In this document: positions 35,973 through 50,400 of the stretch, in pieces
Layout: every line of letters begins with the position of its first letter
Position numbering within the stretch: position 1 is the stretch's first letter
Source: Laetmonice hystrix
Lineage: Eukaryota
Assembly (NCBI GenBank): GCA_965235115.1
Contig: OZ249440.1
Location: 16,864,001 to 16,928,000, forward strand
DNA length: 64,000 bases
Direction of reading: 5' to 3'
Program-made: the position numbers and the translations under genes
The notes under the pieces: generated by a model
What the model was told of the DNA's origin: nothing
What the model saw: the letters and a program-made list of their open reading frames with translations, nothing else
Database searches by the model: none

Positions 35973-38375
35973 ATCACGGTCACACATATACAATCTGGCA
36001 AATGAGTATCAAATGGTCACGAGTAGGTGCCGTAGACCACTGAATCACTGCGGCCCCTGAGAATGAGGCATGTATAACCCTTGTGTCTAACTCCGCTACT
36101 GCATGGACAGCACCATCAATTCGACATGTACCATAGTGGATCAAGAACTTTGAAAACTTCCCAACGGTCCACTTCCTCTCTATGCTAACTCCCCGATCAG
36201 GCTATAGCTCAGTGAGATAAATCACACAGTTGGGCTTATCCCGATATCTGAGCTATAGTGGCTGCTCCAGGTGCTCCCAGCTAATCCAGGAATAGTGGCA
36301 GTGGAAGCAGTACTGCCTATAGTTAACCAAATCTGTCATTTCATCGTGTTGACACAATGACCGAACCTGGCTTCTGATCCCGGTTAGACATCTATTGTTC
36401 CATCTATATACACTGTCCCATCCTGATCTGATGTTCCATACGCCAAGGCTGCTGCTGTAACCCCCAATTGTCAGCCACTGGAGGCAATCTTACAAGTGCG
36501 ACAAGACTTAGCTGTCGAAAACAACTTCCACAACTCCATGCATTCTACAGTCTACTAATTATAACCCACAAAATACCATGAAGTCGGCACGCCAGGTAAA
36601 CTTCATCATGTAGCACAGAGTCGCTGACCTCATGTAAATTACAGTTTTGCATGCACCACTGAAGTAACATGTCTTTTATTTATGACCTTCGGTTGTTCTT
36701 TAAATCATTCACTGCCTGTCGTTTAGAGGGCAGTTTTAATGTCAGCCGCTAGCAGAGTCTTCCAACTCCATCGTGCGGAGCCACCTGGTGGAATATTCTG
36801 GAACCAGGAGGTCGTACGTACACATCCCAAGGACCAAAGACACCCAAGGACTCTACTGGCAGGGACGAGAATTCGGCCCTGCTGACCGCCCTGACGGCCG
36901 GCCAGTCAGGCAAGCCTCGGATGGCATTCAATTTGACACGGCCCCCTTGTGAACAAATTAGCCGTCAGCCTAGCTGGCAGATAGTCGTTATTACCGCGGT
37001 ATTAGAGGCTCCTTAAGCGGTCGGTTCCTGCCGTCACGCCATAATGGATGCATCCTTAAAGACCTGCGCAGACAGGGCCGACGTGCGGGCCCCTAATGAG
37101 GAGATCCTCTGTACAATGGGTTTCAAACTCCGTCTCATGGCTTCCGCCCCCACACACAAGCATAAACATTTGGTCTCCAGGTAAAAATACCTAAATAGCC
37201 CGCCTCCCCCTCCCCCATCATCACCGTGAGGTTTAGCGGCATTAAATCCTGCCACCGCAAATATGGTCCCAAGATGTCATTAACAGGGAGCACTTAACGG
37301 TCGAGGATATAATTGAGGAGGGAGAAAAGGGGTGTTTGGTTTTACCATCGCGGCCATTTCAGACGGCAGCAACCTCTGCCATAAAATACAAAAACAAACA
37401 CCTAAAACACTAAAAACAAAATGATGGAGAACATAAAAAAATTAACCGTAAAACACATGGCGGGTGACTGGAATCAACCAGGCACAGCCATGAAGTTTTA
37501 TGATGGTGTCTTCCTCATGCAAATCGGCGCGATAATCTGGCGTAAGCCGCATAATGTAAACCGTGCAGCCCCGTCATGTGCATTATGTACGCGCTGTAAT
37601 CGCAGATTCATCATGTCATTGGTGGCTGGCCACAGGGAACCGATGTCGGCCCTGCCTATTGGTGGAACCGTTTTACAACAACAACACGGGGCTCGCTTTT
37701 TTATGGCAGAGAACCATCTTGAAATGAGCCGCCACGTGGGAAAAGAGTGGAAAGAAATACCCATGGACCAAAAATTCTAATTGATTACAATACATTTACG
37801 GTCTCTACCTTCACAGGCTCTTCGGGTTGGCTGCATGCCCCTAGGGGGCATACCTCGGGGTGCAACGATATAGACTCCTCTGTTCGTCTAAATGGCAGAT
37901 TAATGACAATTCATTTCGGAATTTAATTACCGGTAGAGTTGGGCATTAGTTCCCCTTGCCAAGCTGGAGCTCCCTTAGGAGGATACTATTCAGTCATAAC
38001 GGCGAGGCCCCCGTCTTGCTACCATCCCTCACAGAATGCCATTTCTCCCTCTGTTCGCCAATGAGATTCAGATTTATTTAGTAGAGCCTGCCTACCTCCT
38101 CCAGGAACCTATCTCGATCTCTATGTATACGGAAGGCCCACATACGGCGATCTCAGTGGGCCCAAATTTTAATGACGACTCCAGCAATATTCATTCTCAC
38201 ATCCGGCAACCTACATCTTAAATCCCTCCCTTGCCTTAACCAATACTCGCTCTGCATTTCCTCAAAACTCTCACTGAAACATTTCCCATCTGGACTAATG
38301 CGTGGACTGGACACGGAAAGTTCGCCACTTCCGTATATTGCATGCTGAGACCGGTGAAAGGAAGAGACCTGGGCC

Positions 38376-38546
38376 TGACACTCCCCTCCCCCTTACCTTT
38401 CTTGTCCTCAGATTGACACTCCCCCCTTACCTTCCTTGTCCTCAGATTGACACTCCCCCCTTACCTTTCTTGTCCTCAGATTGACACTCCCCCCTTACCT
38501 TCCTTGTCCTCAGATTGACACTCCCCTACCTTCCTTGTCCTCAGAT
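38376..38546. repeat. 34-bp tandem repeat, about 5 copies
   Basis: GATTGACACT recurs at 38411, 38445, 38479 and 38513; unit GACACTCCCCCCTTACCTTYCTTGTCCTCAGATT. Confidence 0.97.
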
Positions 38547-39149
38547 CTTAGTCTGTTTGCATAAGGGTTAACAGAACAGCCGTTTCATTCCAAATCTTTC
38601 TTCCACGTATTTCCGCATTTCTTTCAGATAACTACGCTTGAGTTGGATCCGCCTTCCAATTAAGAGAATGTGTCGGATCAGGTGACTGGATAATGAACTA
38701 GGAGGAAATGCTATTTTAGGGGGGCCTTTCTAACGTCTGAGTGGTTGGTTTCTTCTGGGGGTCTCAGGCAGCTATGTAGTTAAAGTGGCTGCCTTACGGC
38801 TTCGGGCCCCAGTAATCTGGTACGTGGCCACTGCAAAGAAATCCCCTCTGCTCTCTTGGTCGAGGCTGGCAAATGGATTAAAGCGCTGCTCCTGTCAGCA
38901 TTTTGCATGTCCTTTCCTGATTGGAGTGCAAGAGACAGCAAGAAGGATAAACAGACAGAAAAGCTCCAAGAGGGAGTGAAGGCGATATTACTTCGAGACA
39001 GAGAACTGGATCGATAGACAGGGACGTTCGCAAAAGTAAATCCCCCCCCCCCCCCCCAAAAAAAAAAACACACACACACAACGAAATATTAAATGGGAAG
39101 GGCACAACAATTCTGCGTGCTAAAATGAACCTTCCCTTTAAGAGACCAG

Positions 39150-40250
39150 GGTCAGAATCTTCTCCAGGGTAAGAATCTTCTTCAGGGCCAGAACCTCCGC
39201 TCATCTTGCCCGCAGCTTCAGGCGTTCCCAAGCCACCCCCGGCTTGCATGCCAGAGCCTTACATGTAGTTTGTGACCTAACCTTACTTTACGTTGGGATA
39301 GTAGGGGACCACCTACATTAACCTCGCTTCTTACTTGGCCCACATATTGATGATGTCAAAGTTGTTTGTTATTTAACCCACATACTACTTACGTCCAGGT
39401 TATCGTTATTTATTAATTAACCTACATACCTCATCTTAAGGTCCTAGCTGTCAATTTGGTTTATCTGTCCCACGTACTGTTTATAGCTCCTGGCCATGTA
39501 GGTTTCTGTTAATGGTCTGGCTGATTTCTTATTTACCCCATCCCTTAAATGTGCCATATGTCTTAAATCTCCATTGCCCTGATTTGTGGCCTTCCCTATA
39601 TGTCCTTGTCTCTGAATGTTTACGTCCCACAACGTGCTCTAACCCTGCCCTTATCCCTATACTTTCATCTCCGCGAGGATCTGGCTGAAAGACAGAAACT
39701 ACCGATGGCACAGAGTAGGCTGACCTATCTATGCACGACTACAAGCAGGGTAGTGACCCTATCTAGTTATGGACGGCAACTCCAGTGTACTTAGTGCTCA
39801 TGATCTCTCGCGGGGAAAAACAACACGACCTCTGAGACGGGCCAACATACCTAAGGTGGTCCTGAAAAAACAGCCCCATCTGATTAATCTGGACATCTCC
39901 CCGCTAGCGAGGATCTCAGATCTCCTGTCAGGGTCTCCTATCTCGGGCTCCTGCCCCACTGACACTGTAGTACAGCCAGGAGCGGCCACCCAACCACCGC
40001 TGCTGTACCCATTGTAATCTGGGTCTCTTTCATCAGGATGATGTTACAGTATACTGAACGCTGGCCCATTACGGTGAGGACCTGTGGGGTGGTGGAGGGA
40101 GGGAGCCCCCCCCCCCCCCCCCCCGACATGATGGCTGCAATCATCAGTCCCCGTATATATCCGCCTTCCTGGGACCCACAGATGTTTGTCCCCTTGAGAC
40201 CCAGGCTGTACCCGAACAAAGAATCCCACCTTGAAGATGCTATCCCTTTC
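39150..40250 (-). mobile_element. Decayed CR1/L2-type RT fragment
   Basis: Minus strand GSQGDKHLWVP...YTGTDDC (~GxPQG...YxDD) followed downstream by WDVNIQ...IGKA (~WxxHI...KA). Confidence 0.4.
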
Positions 40251-41975
40251 TAATATATCTCCGTCAGCAGTAAACGCAATGTCCTTAAGATGTTACCAGT
40301 CATCGCGACCCTGGCCCGCTTCACAACAGGATCTTCAACGTCAGATTAGATGACCCTAATGTCTTTCTGGTCCCCGTTTCGTTTCTTGTTTCCGTCTAAG
40401 TACTGCCAATACTGGTGCCCGAACTAGTTGGGATGGGCAGGACCAGTCTTATCTATTCATATTCCAATGCCACATAAAACATTCAACCATTCGGGTCTAG
40501 GTCAATATTTTAAAAGAGGTTAAATGTTGACTCTAAAAAGGTCGACATTTACCATGTTTCGCCCATTTCAAGGCGGCGTACTAAGCCCCTGCTTTGAGCG
40601 TGGTCAGGTGAGAAGCCTGCGCAGGACCGGACCTGCTGACTGAGAACTGGTGGCTGTGCGCTCAGTTTCCGGCAGAAGGCCCTCGTCTTTCCGGTGTTAG
40701 ACTAGTTCTGTATGGGCGGCTGGCAACCGGTAGCGCCGAGGGCAGTCCCATGGATCTATGGGACCCGTACCGAGTGTCGAACTAAGCCGCCGCTCAGACA
40801 GCTTACAAATCTCCAACAGTTGGCACCTCGGCCACAATCACGTCAAAACCTGCCACCCGACACACAGAAAGCGAAACACTAACTCCAGTCAGCATTTCAG
40901 TTCAACTCTCTCTCTCCTCCCCCGTGTTCGTTCTCTGACACTGCAAGTGGATAACCTTATAGGTTTCGACTCTTCCCCTTGGGCTGGAAACCTAATATCT
41001 TCCTAATACCACAGATCCATCAGCCAACTGGCAGGCCAACATCTCCAGCAATCTGGGCCGCGGCAGTCAGACCCACTGCATCAAGGAAACAATCCCAACT
41101 GCTACGACCCCTTAATACTCCTGCATTCTTTCTTTCTTTTTTAAGGAAAATGAAAAAACCGAGGCAAGCAAGGACGTCGCCCGGTTCTGAGAGTGGGTCA
41201 ACTGTAACTCGAGTATTCATGAAGCTAGGAAGGGAGGAAGGGGGCAGATTCCTACATTTGCTCTGAAGTGTAACAACATTTTTTTCAAATCTATATTCGC
41301 AGACTATGTATTTTTTTATCATTCAATGCTACCTCGTAAACAAAATATGAAGGTCCATCTAAATGACGATCTATTAGTAGTGTTACGAGACGCCACCATT
41401 TCAAACAACATGCCGAAACCAATTCCACTACATCCACTTCTTGAATAACTCCGGCTCCATGCATGACCAGCATGCTGTATATCTCACTTTTATCCATGCA
41501 CTTGCTTCTAATCCGTTTGCGCAGATTTTATGATCCGATCACAAAGAGCCACCCAGGTGTAATCTGGAGCCGAGTTTTGGTATCCGGCTGCCTGTTCCCT
41601 GGGCGCACCGGATGTGCACGGTTTTTATGCATGACCTGCTTTACATATATCAAATATTCCACAATGGCTCCCCCCTGGGCCTCCGCATCCGGCGCCAGTC
41701 CTGCATGTATACGGGCCCCTCGACAGCTGCCTGAATGGGCGCACTTTTATAAGTGCCCGTTGCATGCATACACTGCAATATGAATGTTGCTGGGGCCCAT
41801 GGCCGCCACAATGGTCGATCCTTGCCGATAGGAACCCCCCCCCATACCCCGGCCCCCTCCGTCACCTGACAGTCAAAGATCATCTCTGCCCGCCGGCGAT
41901 TTTTTTTCGTGAACATTTCGGACAAATCATGGAACCATTGGTCAATCAGAGCACAGTTGTGACGTTACAGTACGC

Positions 41976-42016
41976 CTAACGCTAATACTAACCCTACCGC
42001 TAACCTTAACCCTAAC
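41976..42016. repeat. Degenerate (CCCTAA)n telomere-like interstitial stretch
   Basis: ctaacgctaatactaaccctaccgctaaccttaaccctaacc. Confidence 0.6.
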
Positions 42017-42113
42017 CTTTTGTATATTTGTTCCAATAGATGTCGAAATCAACTATATAAACCTGAGCCTACATTTGTATTCATTCAAAATATGTAAAGA
42101 AGGAAGGTGTAGA

Positions 42114-42292
42114 ACCGCAAAATGTAATTTTGACGCAAAATGTAATTTTGACGCAAAATGTAATTTTACGACTGTGATATTACATTTTGCGTTGAAATTA
42201 CATTTTGCGGCAGAAACTCCGACGCAAAATGTAATATTACAATTTGCGTTAGTTTTCTTAACCCAAAATGTAATTTGGACGCAAAATGTTAT
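42114..42292. repeat. 18-bp GACGCAAAATGTAATTTT repeat in direct and inverted copies
   Basis: Three direct copies, two inverted copies (ATTACATTTTGCG), then three more degenerate direct copies. Confidence 0.9.
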
Positions 42293-45200
42293 ATTGGTAT
42301 ATAACATTTTTGAGGTCAAATATAAAGGAACATCACATTATAATGCCGCAGTCTTTGAATTGGAAAAAAAACTATGCTTGGCTAACTGAAAGGGGGGCAC
42401 GTGCCCCCTGTGCCCCTCCCCCGATCCGTCTCTGAGCATCTCAATGGGCTTCTGTTACCTGATGTATCTAAATTAGAATTCTCTATGGTGGCCGGGGCCC
42501 CAGCAACTTGGACATTCGCGCGATATATTATAGATTACAATACAAGCAAGCTTAGAGTTATTCTATTATACATCCATCCTATGACCATGGTATACATAAA
42601 CCCATCAGAAACACCTAATTCCATAGACACTGATAGGCACCCCTTCATAAGGACCAACAAAGCCAGTTATTATTGATGACATCAAATCCTTGGTGCAAAG
42701 GTCAAACATAAAAAACTCCTGGCATATATCTCGGGGGAGAACAATAAGCCTCTTATACAAGCACCCTCTGAAGCAGACTAGTTGACAAAGTACAATATGA
42801 GCGCCAGCAGGCAATATACAGCCCCGGTCGGTGTGGGTCCGGGTGGGGGGTTGGGGGGGGGGGGGGTGTGGCTCCAATCAAGTGTAGGGGATTAGAGCCT
42901 CATATCAACAACTCCTCACCTCATAACTTTCCAGCCCGAGCACCAGCGATGACCATCTATTCTCAAGAATATGAAACCTTGGCGAGCAGCTCCCGAGGTG
43001 ATTTGCTTGGATAAGATTGCCTGCTGATTTTGGCATTAATACTAGCCCGAGTGGGGCGCCTAGCTATACGGAGAGCAGCGCTCATCCCGGCAACAGGCAC
43101 TGACGCTGATTTACAACACAATATGACATGTATGAATAATGTAGTTTACATAATAGAGTATATTATAGATACTGGTACTATATGTGACAGCGTGGATTAA
43201 CGAAAACAGTTTAAAGGACCGTGGGGAAAATACTGCTCAGTTTGTGACTGTGGTTAATTCTTCTGTGTTCATTTTGCACATCAAGTAACAACGGAAATAC
43301 TGCCAGGAAATCCAAGTACTGTCACCTCGCATTACGAACTGGAGGATCACATAAATACACTACTAATATTGCGGCCTTTCAAATATCATTACTGGCAAAT
43401 ACTATTTATGAATGTTATACATCGAGCTAGATATCCTACACCGATTCAACTTTCATAGGCTTGCAGCAATGCGTATCTACCTATAGTGCTAATGGAGGGG
43501 GGGGCTGACATTTTATCACCAAACCCTTTAAATCATTACCCGACACCAATATGAGAGTACTGTAGTAATACCATTCCCTCTAAGTGGGACGATAACTCAG
43601 CCTGGTATTCTGCAAGTTTCATGTCCACTTTTGATACATTAGAGCACAGTCCATAAAGTCTTGCCAGTAAATGCTTTATATTTTATTTTGAAAGTGCAAA
43701 ATCACCCCCTCCCCTTCCAATTGCCAGCAGGCTGCTGCGTCCCTTTCGTCTTCTTGCTACTCAACTGTTCCCTGTCCTCCTGCCGCCTCAGGACCATCTG
43801 ACTTCACTTTTCCCTTTTGAAGCCAAGTGTCTTTATAAATGGCGGGGATTGTTAATGGCGTTTCGGCCCTCCATCATGTGTGAATGTATACTCCACTTTG
43901 TGATAATCTGGCAGTGGTCAAAAGCTTCCCGCCTTTTGATACGAACATGAAACATGCCCAAACAGACGGCACCGATCGCTACCACACTGCTGTATAATGG
44001 CACTCCACACCGAGCAATCATCTCTGCATGGTTCTGATAGAAGGGGGTGGGGAAGAACCAAGAACCAGTGGACTCAAAGTCTATTATGGAACAATAAGAG
44101 CTTAAGCAAGAGAATCTCTGAGGAAATCAGTGTCAGTTGAAGAGAAAGGACAGTATGGCTACGAGTGGAGTTTCTCCGCCTTTGTTGGTCAAACAGAGGA
44201 CATCTGAAGGGGGCCACTTCAGGTTTGGAGCGGGACAGCGACATGATAAAACACTGACAATGCCAACAAAGCAAACCGCCCGCGGCACATACACACACAT
44301 ACACAATCCGGGCGCCTTCAAATCTATGGTACATTTTAAATATACGCCATACTCATCCTTCCCGCAATCCTGCTGTACCAGTAGGTTTTTATTTTACTGG
44401 TATATAGATCACGACTTAGCATCGATAAATTACCAACTGCTGAAACACCATTGATTAGCGGCGGAATCTAATCAGTCTTTTACCCAGGCGATGCTACATG
44501 GGCGACCCCTTGTGGCGTGATTGATGTCTTGATAACGTAATTGGCAATACGGTTAAAATGAAAAGGGGGTTGCAAGCATATGATAAACGGGGAACAGGAC
44601 CGGCCGGTAAACGTAAACTAGAGGCTGGAACTGTTATACCATGATTGACTGAATGCATGAGATATTCTTTATATAGGCCTGGAAGGTTGAATGAAAGGCA
44701 AGACCCAGCCTACCGACTCCACAGCTTCCGCAGCCCTGATCCGACTGGCGGCCCTGGGCTGGCCTCCGCCCAAACCAGCCTCTCCTCGTCCACCAGGAAA
44801 TCAAACCATCAAAAATTGATCACCATCGACACACTACCCCACACCAATAGCACCCAGCACATGCTTAAATAGCTGCCCAAATGACCACAACATGCCGACC
44901 TTGGTAGATCTATGCACGCCTGGAAACTAGTCCAATAACTTCAAGTTATCTCCCAACTACCAGACAGCCCACTTCAAACGGGCTCCTCTATCTCCTTCAC
45001 GGTCCAACTTACTCCACCAACACCAATAATGGCTTCAAACGGTTCCCGTGGAAACAATTCTTACTAGTATTTTTTGGGGGGGGGGGGGTGCATTTGGCCA
45101 TCCAACATTATCTCTGACTGTTCTAGAACAGCAAACTGTTCTGACTGTTTTTGTATGAGTCACCCCTGCTGTTTGTGTGAGGGAACAAAACGTGTCCCCT

Positions 45201-45559
45201 CTCTTCACCATTTCACTTCACGTTTCCAGCCGCCAGCAAGGAGAAAGATCCTCATTAAAAGACGAAAATCCCGAAACATTAACTCATTCCTGTTATTATT
45301 ATTCTGTCAATTGTTCCAAAGACGTCGGCCATAACGATGTCTGTGGAAGGAAGGCGGGGGTGAAGCGAACTTGGGACAAGGTTAAAGGAAACCACCTTGG
45401 AGCAACACCCACGCAGAACACGTCGGTGGCTGACACGCACAAACCCCCTCCTTCGCCATGTCATGATAAATATTGAAACAAATTTCTCTGTGTGAAAATA
45501 TTACCACGTCAATCAGACATGTTCCCGGGAGCTGTACATCCTGGGTCGCTGGAGGATGG

Positions 45560-46050
45560 CACGCTAAGTAAGCCTACCTATACCCTCCCTAAAGGAACCA
45601 TTGCCTGCACATTGCTGTGCAAAGATACGGTATTGGTCCACACACGACAGTGATATATCAATTCCATACATTAATAATCTACCATACACATTCAAAAACA
45701 TCCCTCACGGTTGATGTAATAAAACTCGGCCATGAATATACACCTATTGTTCACTGGATTGAACTCCTTCTGTTCTGCCTGTAAACCACGGAATGGACAT
45801 AATATATCCACTACCGAAACCCGGCCAAGATCCATCATATGAAGTGCATTTCCAATTGGCAGCAATCACCAATAACCAGGTTGCTTTGTGAAATGAAGAT
45901 AGACTACAGGAAATATCTTGCTGTGCTATGATCAAATAATTCCATGGAATCAGGAGACTGTGCTTCGACCACACTGAGCAGTAAATAATGTATGGCTTCA
46001 CTCCCTAAGCGGTGTGGTTCCGGCTTCCGGTGTGCACCACACAGCGGCCA
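45560..46050 (+). mobile_element. Decayed CR1/L2-type RT fragment
   Basis: LPKGT (~xPQGT, ~45590), YIN (~45655), RKYLAVL*SNN (~KYLGVxIxxxLSW, ~45910) in the expected order. Confidence 0.45.
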
Positions 46051-47403
46051 AATTCGAGGACAATCCGCCGTCTTCGCAACGTCTTCAACTCCCTGCTCTT
46101 TACCCAAAGAAACATCATATTTTTAACCCTCACCACCTGCTCCAATATCCTTCCAATTGTGCCCTGAGATAGAGAAATAGGTGAGCTTATCAATAACCTG
46201 CTCTATCGCAAGGTCTCAATCTCAAAATTAACTGTGACCAATTTATTTATTTTTGTTTGCTCCCTCCCGCCTTCCGTACTCTTAATAACGGACTTTTTGT
46301 AACACACAGATACTAAAAGATTTGCAATACTACATCATGCATTATGAATACTTTACATAATAGGGAGGCTTTACAAAGAAACACCAACAAGCATTCCTCC
46401 AGCCCGTTAATGCTTCCTCTGTCAAGTGAAGATCTCCCCTTTACTGTTTTTATTTTTAATTACGGGAAGCAGTAAAACAGAAAAGATTGAAAGCCACAAC
46501 GCTACATCCCTTCGCTTCTTTCTGAAATATCTCACACTGATAAACCATCAGAGGTATGTCCTACAGAAAAGATGTCTTGGCGAGACACGTCGTTACTCTC
46601 CTGCGGGCTCGAAATGACGTTTTTAATCTGCACGGCAGCCTTTGAAATGAAAGTGCGATTTTCTATCCTTTTACGTCTAATATACCGGGCTTGCTTTTTG
46701 TGGCCACATTGTCATCTCACTTGTAAACTTTTCGTGCCTGTATCAGCATGTATTAGGTTACCGCCGATCATTTGCCAAGTACTGTGGCTAGGACTCGGAT
46801 CTATAGCTGTCGTCATACAGGTTTCGTAAAGATTTCGAAGAATTACTTTAACCCACCAGCCCCACTAGAATGTTCTCCACTTGGAAAATCGCCCCGCTGT
46901 AAAAATAATTCCAAAACTTTTACCACGATTACTGTCCTCTAAATTGAGCCATCCAAATGTCCTCTTCTGTCTTTCTCATTATATTCTCTGTAGGAAATAG
47001 CCACGCTCTTTTAGATAAAGCTTCAAAGGCAAGAAATAACGGGGAAAAGGGATTGAAAGTCTCATCAGTAGAGCTATTCCGGGCATTTTCCAATATTGAG
47101 CGGTATTTCTGAGGACATAGCCGAGTCGAGCAGACTCTGGGCCCGCGCACTGCCTGCGGACCGTACAGTCCTGCGTCCGTCTACGTAATAAGCTCGTATT
47201 TGTGACACTAACAAAAGGTTTTCAGTCAATGATGATGGATGGGTTTCATCTACCGTCAACCTAATACCTGCATCTTACCGACACATGGACTCCACTACCG
47301 GTGGACCGGCCGGCCCACCGCGTCCCCTGCTAGATAATGTTACAGTGGAGGTACAAGCCAATTCTTCATTCAGTAATCAATGGGTATAATACAAGGTACT
47401 CAC

Positions 47404-47493
47404 CTTTTGGGGGGAAATATGACTTGCTCTCAGCTTTGTGCGGCCAGTCTACTACAAGGGGTCCAAATCTCCTAAACGCTGCAGTGATTTCCT
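47404..47493 (-). CDS. orb2: CPEB2/3/4 exon B: RRM1 (EEITAAFRRFGPLVVDWPHKAESKSYFPPK); too short for the ORF track
   Basis: Acceptor TTTTTGTTTTGCAG, 90 nt, donor AAG|GTGAGT. Translated by hand; nearly identical to the CPEB2-4 RRM1 segment and in frame with both neighbours. Confidence 0.96.
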
Positions 47494-50400
47494 CTGCAAA
47501 ACAAAAATACATAACATTCAGTAAACATCGAGACAGAGAAAAAAGGGGGACAGTAAAGCATTCTTGACATTGTTGTTCAAAGTACTTGCATGGAAGGCAC
47601 GTGTGACCTTAAACGGACCTTCAAGGTCGTTCGAAAAGAACTATCAAGATTTGCTTTAGATATTTTGGTGAGGACGAATGACCTAACAAGTAGCCCAAGT
47701 GCCTAAATCTTTGAGGGATTGAGTTGAAATCTGACATGAATTGCTTATGCGAATAACCACGCGCGCCGACAACAAAACAGTAGAAATGTCGAAGTCCATA
47801 ACACAAATTATTGTCTTCCCCCCTCAATTATACACCACTGCAGTGCCTCATTACCCTACAAGCTGCCTATCACTGAATATCATGTCTTTCACTTCCCAAA
47901 CCCAATTTCCTAAATCACATTGGTTGCCAATGGCAATGTAATCCAATCGTTTTATGCAAGAGTTGGGTGGGGGATGGGCCGCCGAATCTGCCTAGGGCAC
48001 TGCCATTTTCTGCCGCCTTCGTGTCGAGCGTGGCCAAGATTAGCAATGAGTGACTATCTGGGGGGAGTAGTTCTGACATCGGGATAGAGGCAAGTTAATC
48101 GACTGTTGAACGGAATTCTTCCACCACCGGTCGACTTAAACGGCCGGGTCAATCCAAACGTTCACGTTCAGCCACTGGATCTCACTGGTGTCACCCCCAG
48201 AGGACATTCATCAAGATAAATATAATATCAATTTACCGGTACCTCCACTTTTAATGCTATCATCCTTATATTACTAGAAGCCATTGCAGATTTACTCGTT
48301 ATGGATACCGTATATAGATAATTATACATACAAATATGTGAATACAATCATATTATACACCCACATTATGTTATACCGAGAGGAATTCCTTCCTTTGTGC
48401 CAGATTTCCGGATTTGATGGCTGTTGTTTTGTTGGATTTTTGAGAGTGGGGTGGTGGGTGTGGGGTGTGTGTGGTGGGGCTTGAAATGAAGAAAATATTA
48501 CATTATTTATATTCATGGCGCCGACACCGCTGGTGTAGAACTTGGTATAAATTTGTAAGAATCTCCAAATACACTATATGGAGCTTAAATTACGTCTGGC
48601 CTTACCAGAATTATTCTTTCTAAGTTATATTGCTACAACGCCCAGTTCCCTATAGATAGTCAATAATCAGCTATGGGTACCTCGGTTCGGGCCAAAGGTA
48701 AGAGAAGCCTCGCTGAAGCAGCAATCATTTGACCTACAGAGGCTCTGAGGCGAAACTAATAGGTTGATGCCGGTCAGAGTGGCCGAAGTAGAGGTCGTGT
48801 GAAACAGGTGGATTAACATGGTGATACGGAAGACAACTCATCCATCAGTCAGTTAACCAGGCATCAATCAGTCAGTTTACCAGGCAGCCACCATAGGGTG
48901 TTGGCGTGGAGAGGGTCACATCCCTCTGTGTGTATACAATCTCTACATCTCTACCAACCAAAGACCAATTCCACTCACAGGTCAAACTGGATAAGGGCCA
49001 AACTAAGTCCGGCTGAAAGGACACCGTAAAACACGCCTTCCGCCGACAATCAACTCTCTTATTTCTCTGGAGAGAAAACTACTGCATAGTAAAGTTTCAA
49101 TTCCCACTATCTAAGTCACAATATGGGCCTGATGTGTGTGGCATGGCCCCAAGAGTTGGGCCCCATCATACAGTATTAATGTTGCCGCCCACGGCACATA
49201 AATTGTGCACTAACTTCCACCTCCTCCACACCTCCTGGCCTTCTCTCCTGGGTTCAACGCGGAAATCCTCACAACACATGCATGAATGAGTAAACAAATG
49301 AATGAATACTCTGCAATGAACTTCCAGCATTTCACGCACTGTCTGCCAAAGCTAATTAAAAAGGGATCCGTAATTTGTCTCACTGATGGCAGGCAGTATT
49401 ATTTAGAATTATTATTCATTTAGAAAGGTTCAATACGTCTGAATGTTGTACTGGTTCTCCTTGTGAAATAGAATGCCGCCTTTTGAACAGCACCTAGTCA
49501 TTGAAAGTAAGATCTGAACTAATAAAATCACTATATAAATACTTCAGTTTTCATTTAAATACTTTTTGTTGGATATTTCAAACGGAATTAAGTCTCGTTA
49601 TGCAACCTAGGGCCCTCCTACTAGTTTTCACATTTATGGCTTCACTATATTCGTGCCAACCCATATTCTGCTCCAACTTTCACATTTCAGTCTATCTTTA
49701 TTATTTGACTTGAAAAGTCGCTGTACCAAGGGCTGTCCTGTTGGTTTCTATGTGTGTGTGAACGAATTTAAAATCTGACATTATCAGTCAAGTCTTTAAC
49801 ATATTAGTAACTTTCTGCATTTGCTAGAGCCCAATCTGGAGTCCTTATGATGGTGTGGGCGGAAGTGTTGAACCACGACTCGCTATTTGCTGTATGGGTT
49901 GTCAGAAACGGAATTGTGTTTTACATTTTGAAGGAGTTGTCTCAAGAGAAGAATCAAGATATCCCTTCTATTGGTTTGCGTCAAGAAATATTTGACAATG
50001 GATCATCAACACAGATATGTTGTAATTATTGCAAGCACGCGTTCCACTTATCCAGGAAAGACATATGGATCACTTGCTGCCCAAAGACATCCACTACCTG
50101 TCACTTCCACTATAATACTGCCTGTCAATGCAGCTCCCCCACAACCACCTGTCAACTGAATCAGTGGCAGCACGATGGGACGTCACTGCGAGTGAGATTC
50201 AATAAATGCAGTCAAACTCAGCCCATGCATGTAAAATGGCCCCCGAAATGGCGACCAGAGTTGTCAATTACGGCAATTCGTTTCTCTCTCCTTCCACCCC
50301 CACCCACCCACCGCCTCCCGTGCAGGGCGGGTCGACGTAACGCTTGGTCAGAGCACGGCTGAGTGGTGCGCGCCGGCCGAGTGGAGGGGCCTAGGGAGGA

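Noticed and set aside
44429-44460. 6-nt microexon candidate (GCTAATC...GTTTCAG|CAGTTG|GTAATT, minus strand)
   Set aside because: Weak donor, branch site too close, and it would insert two residues into RNP1.
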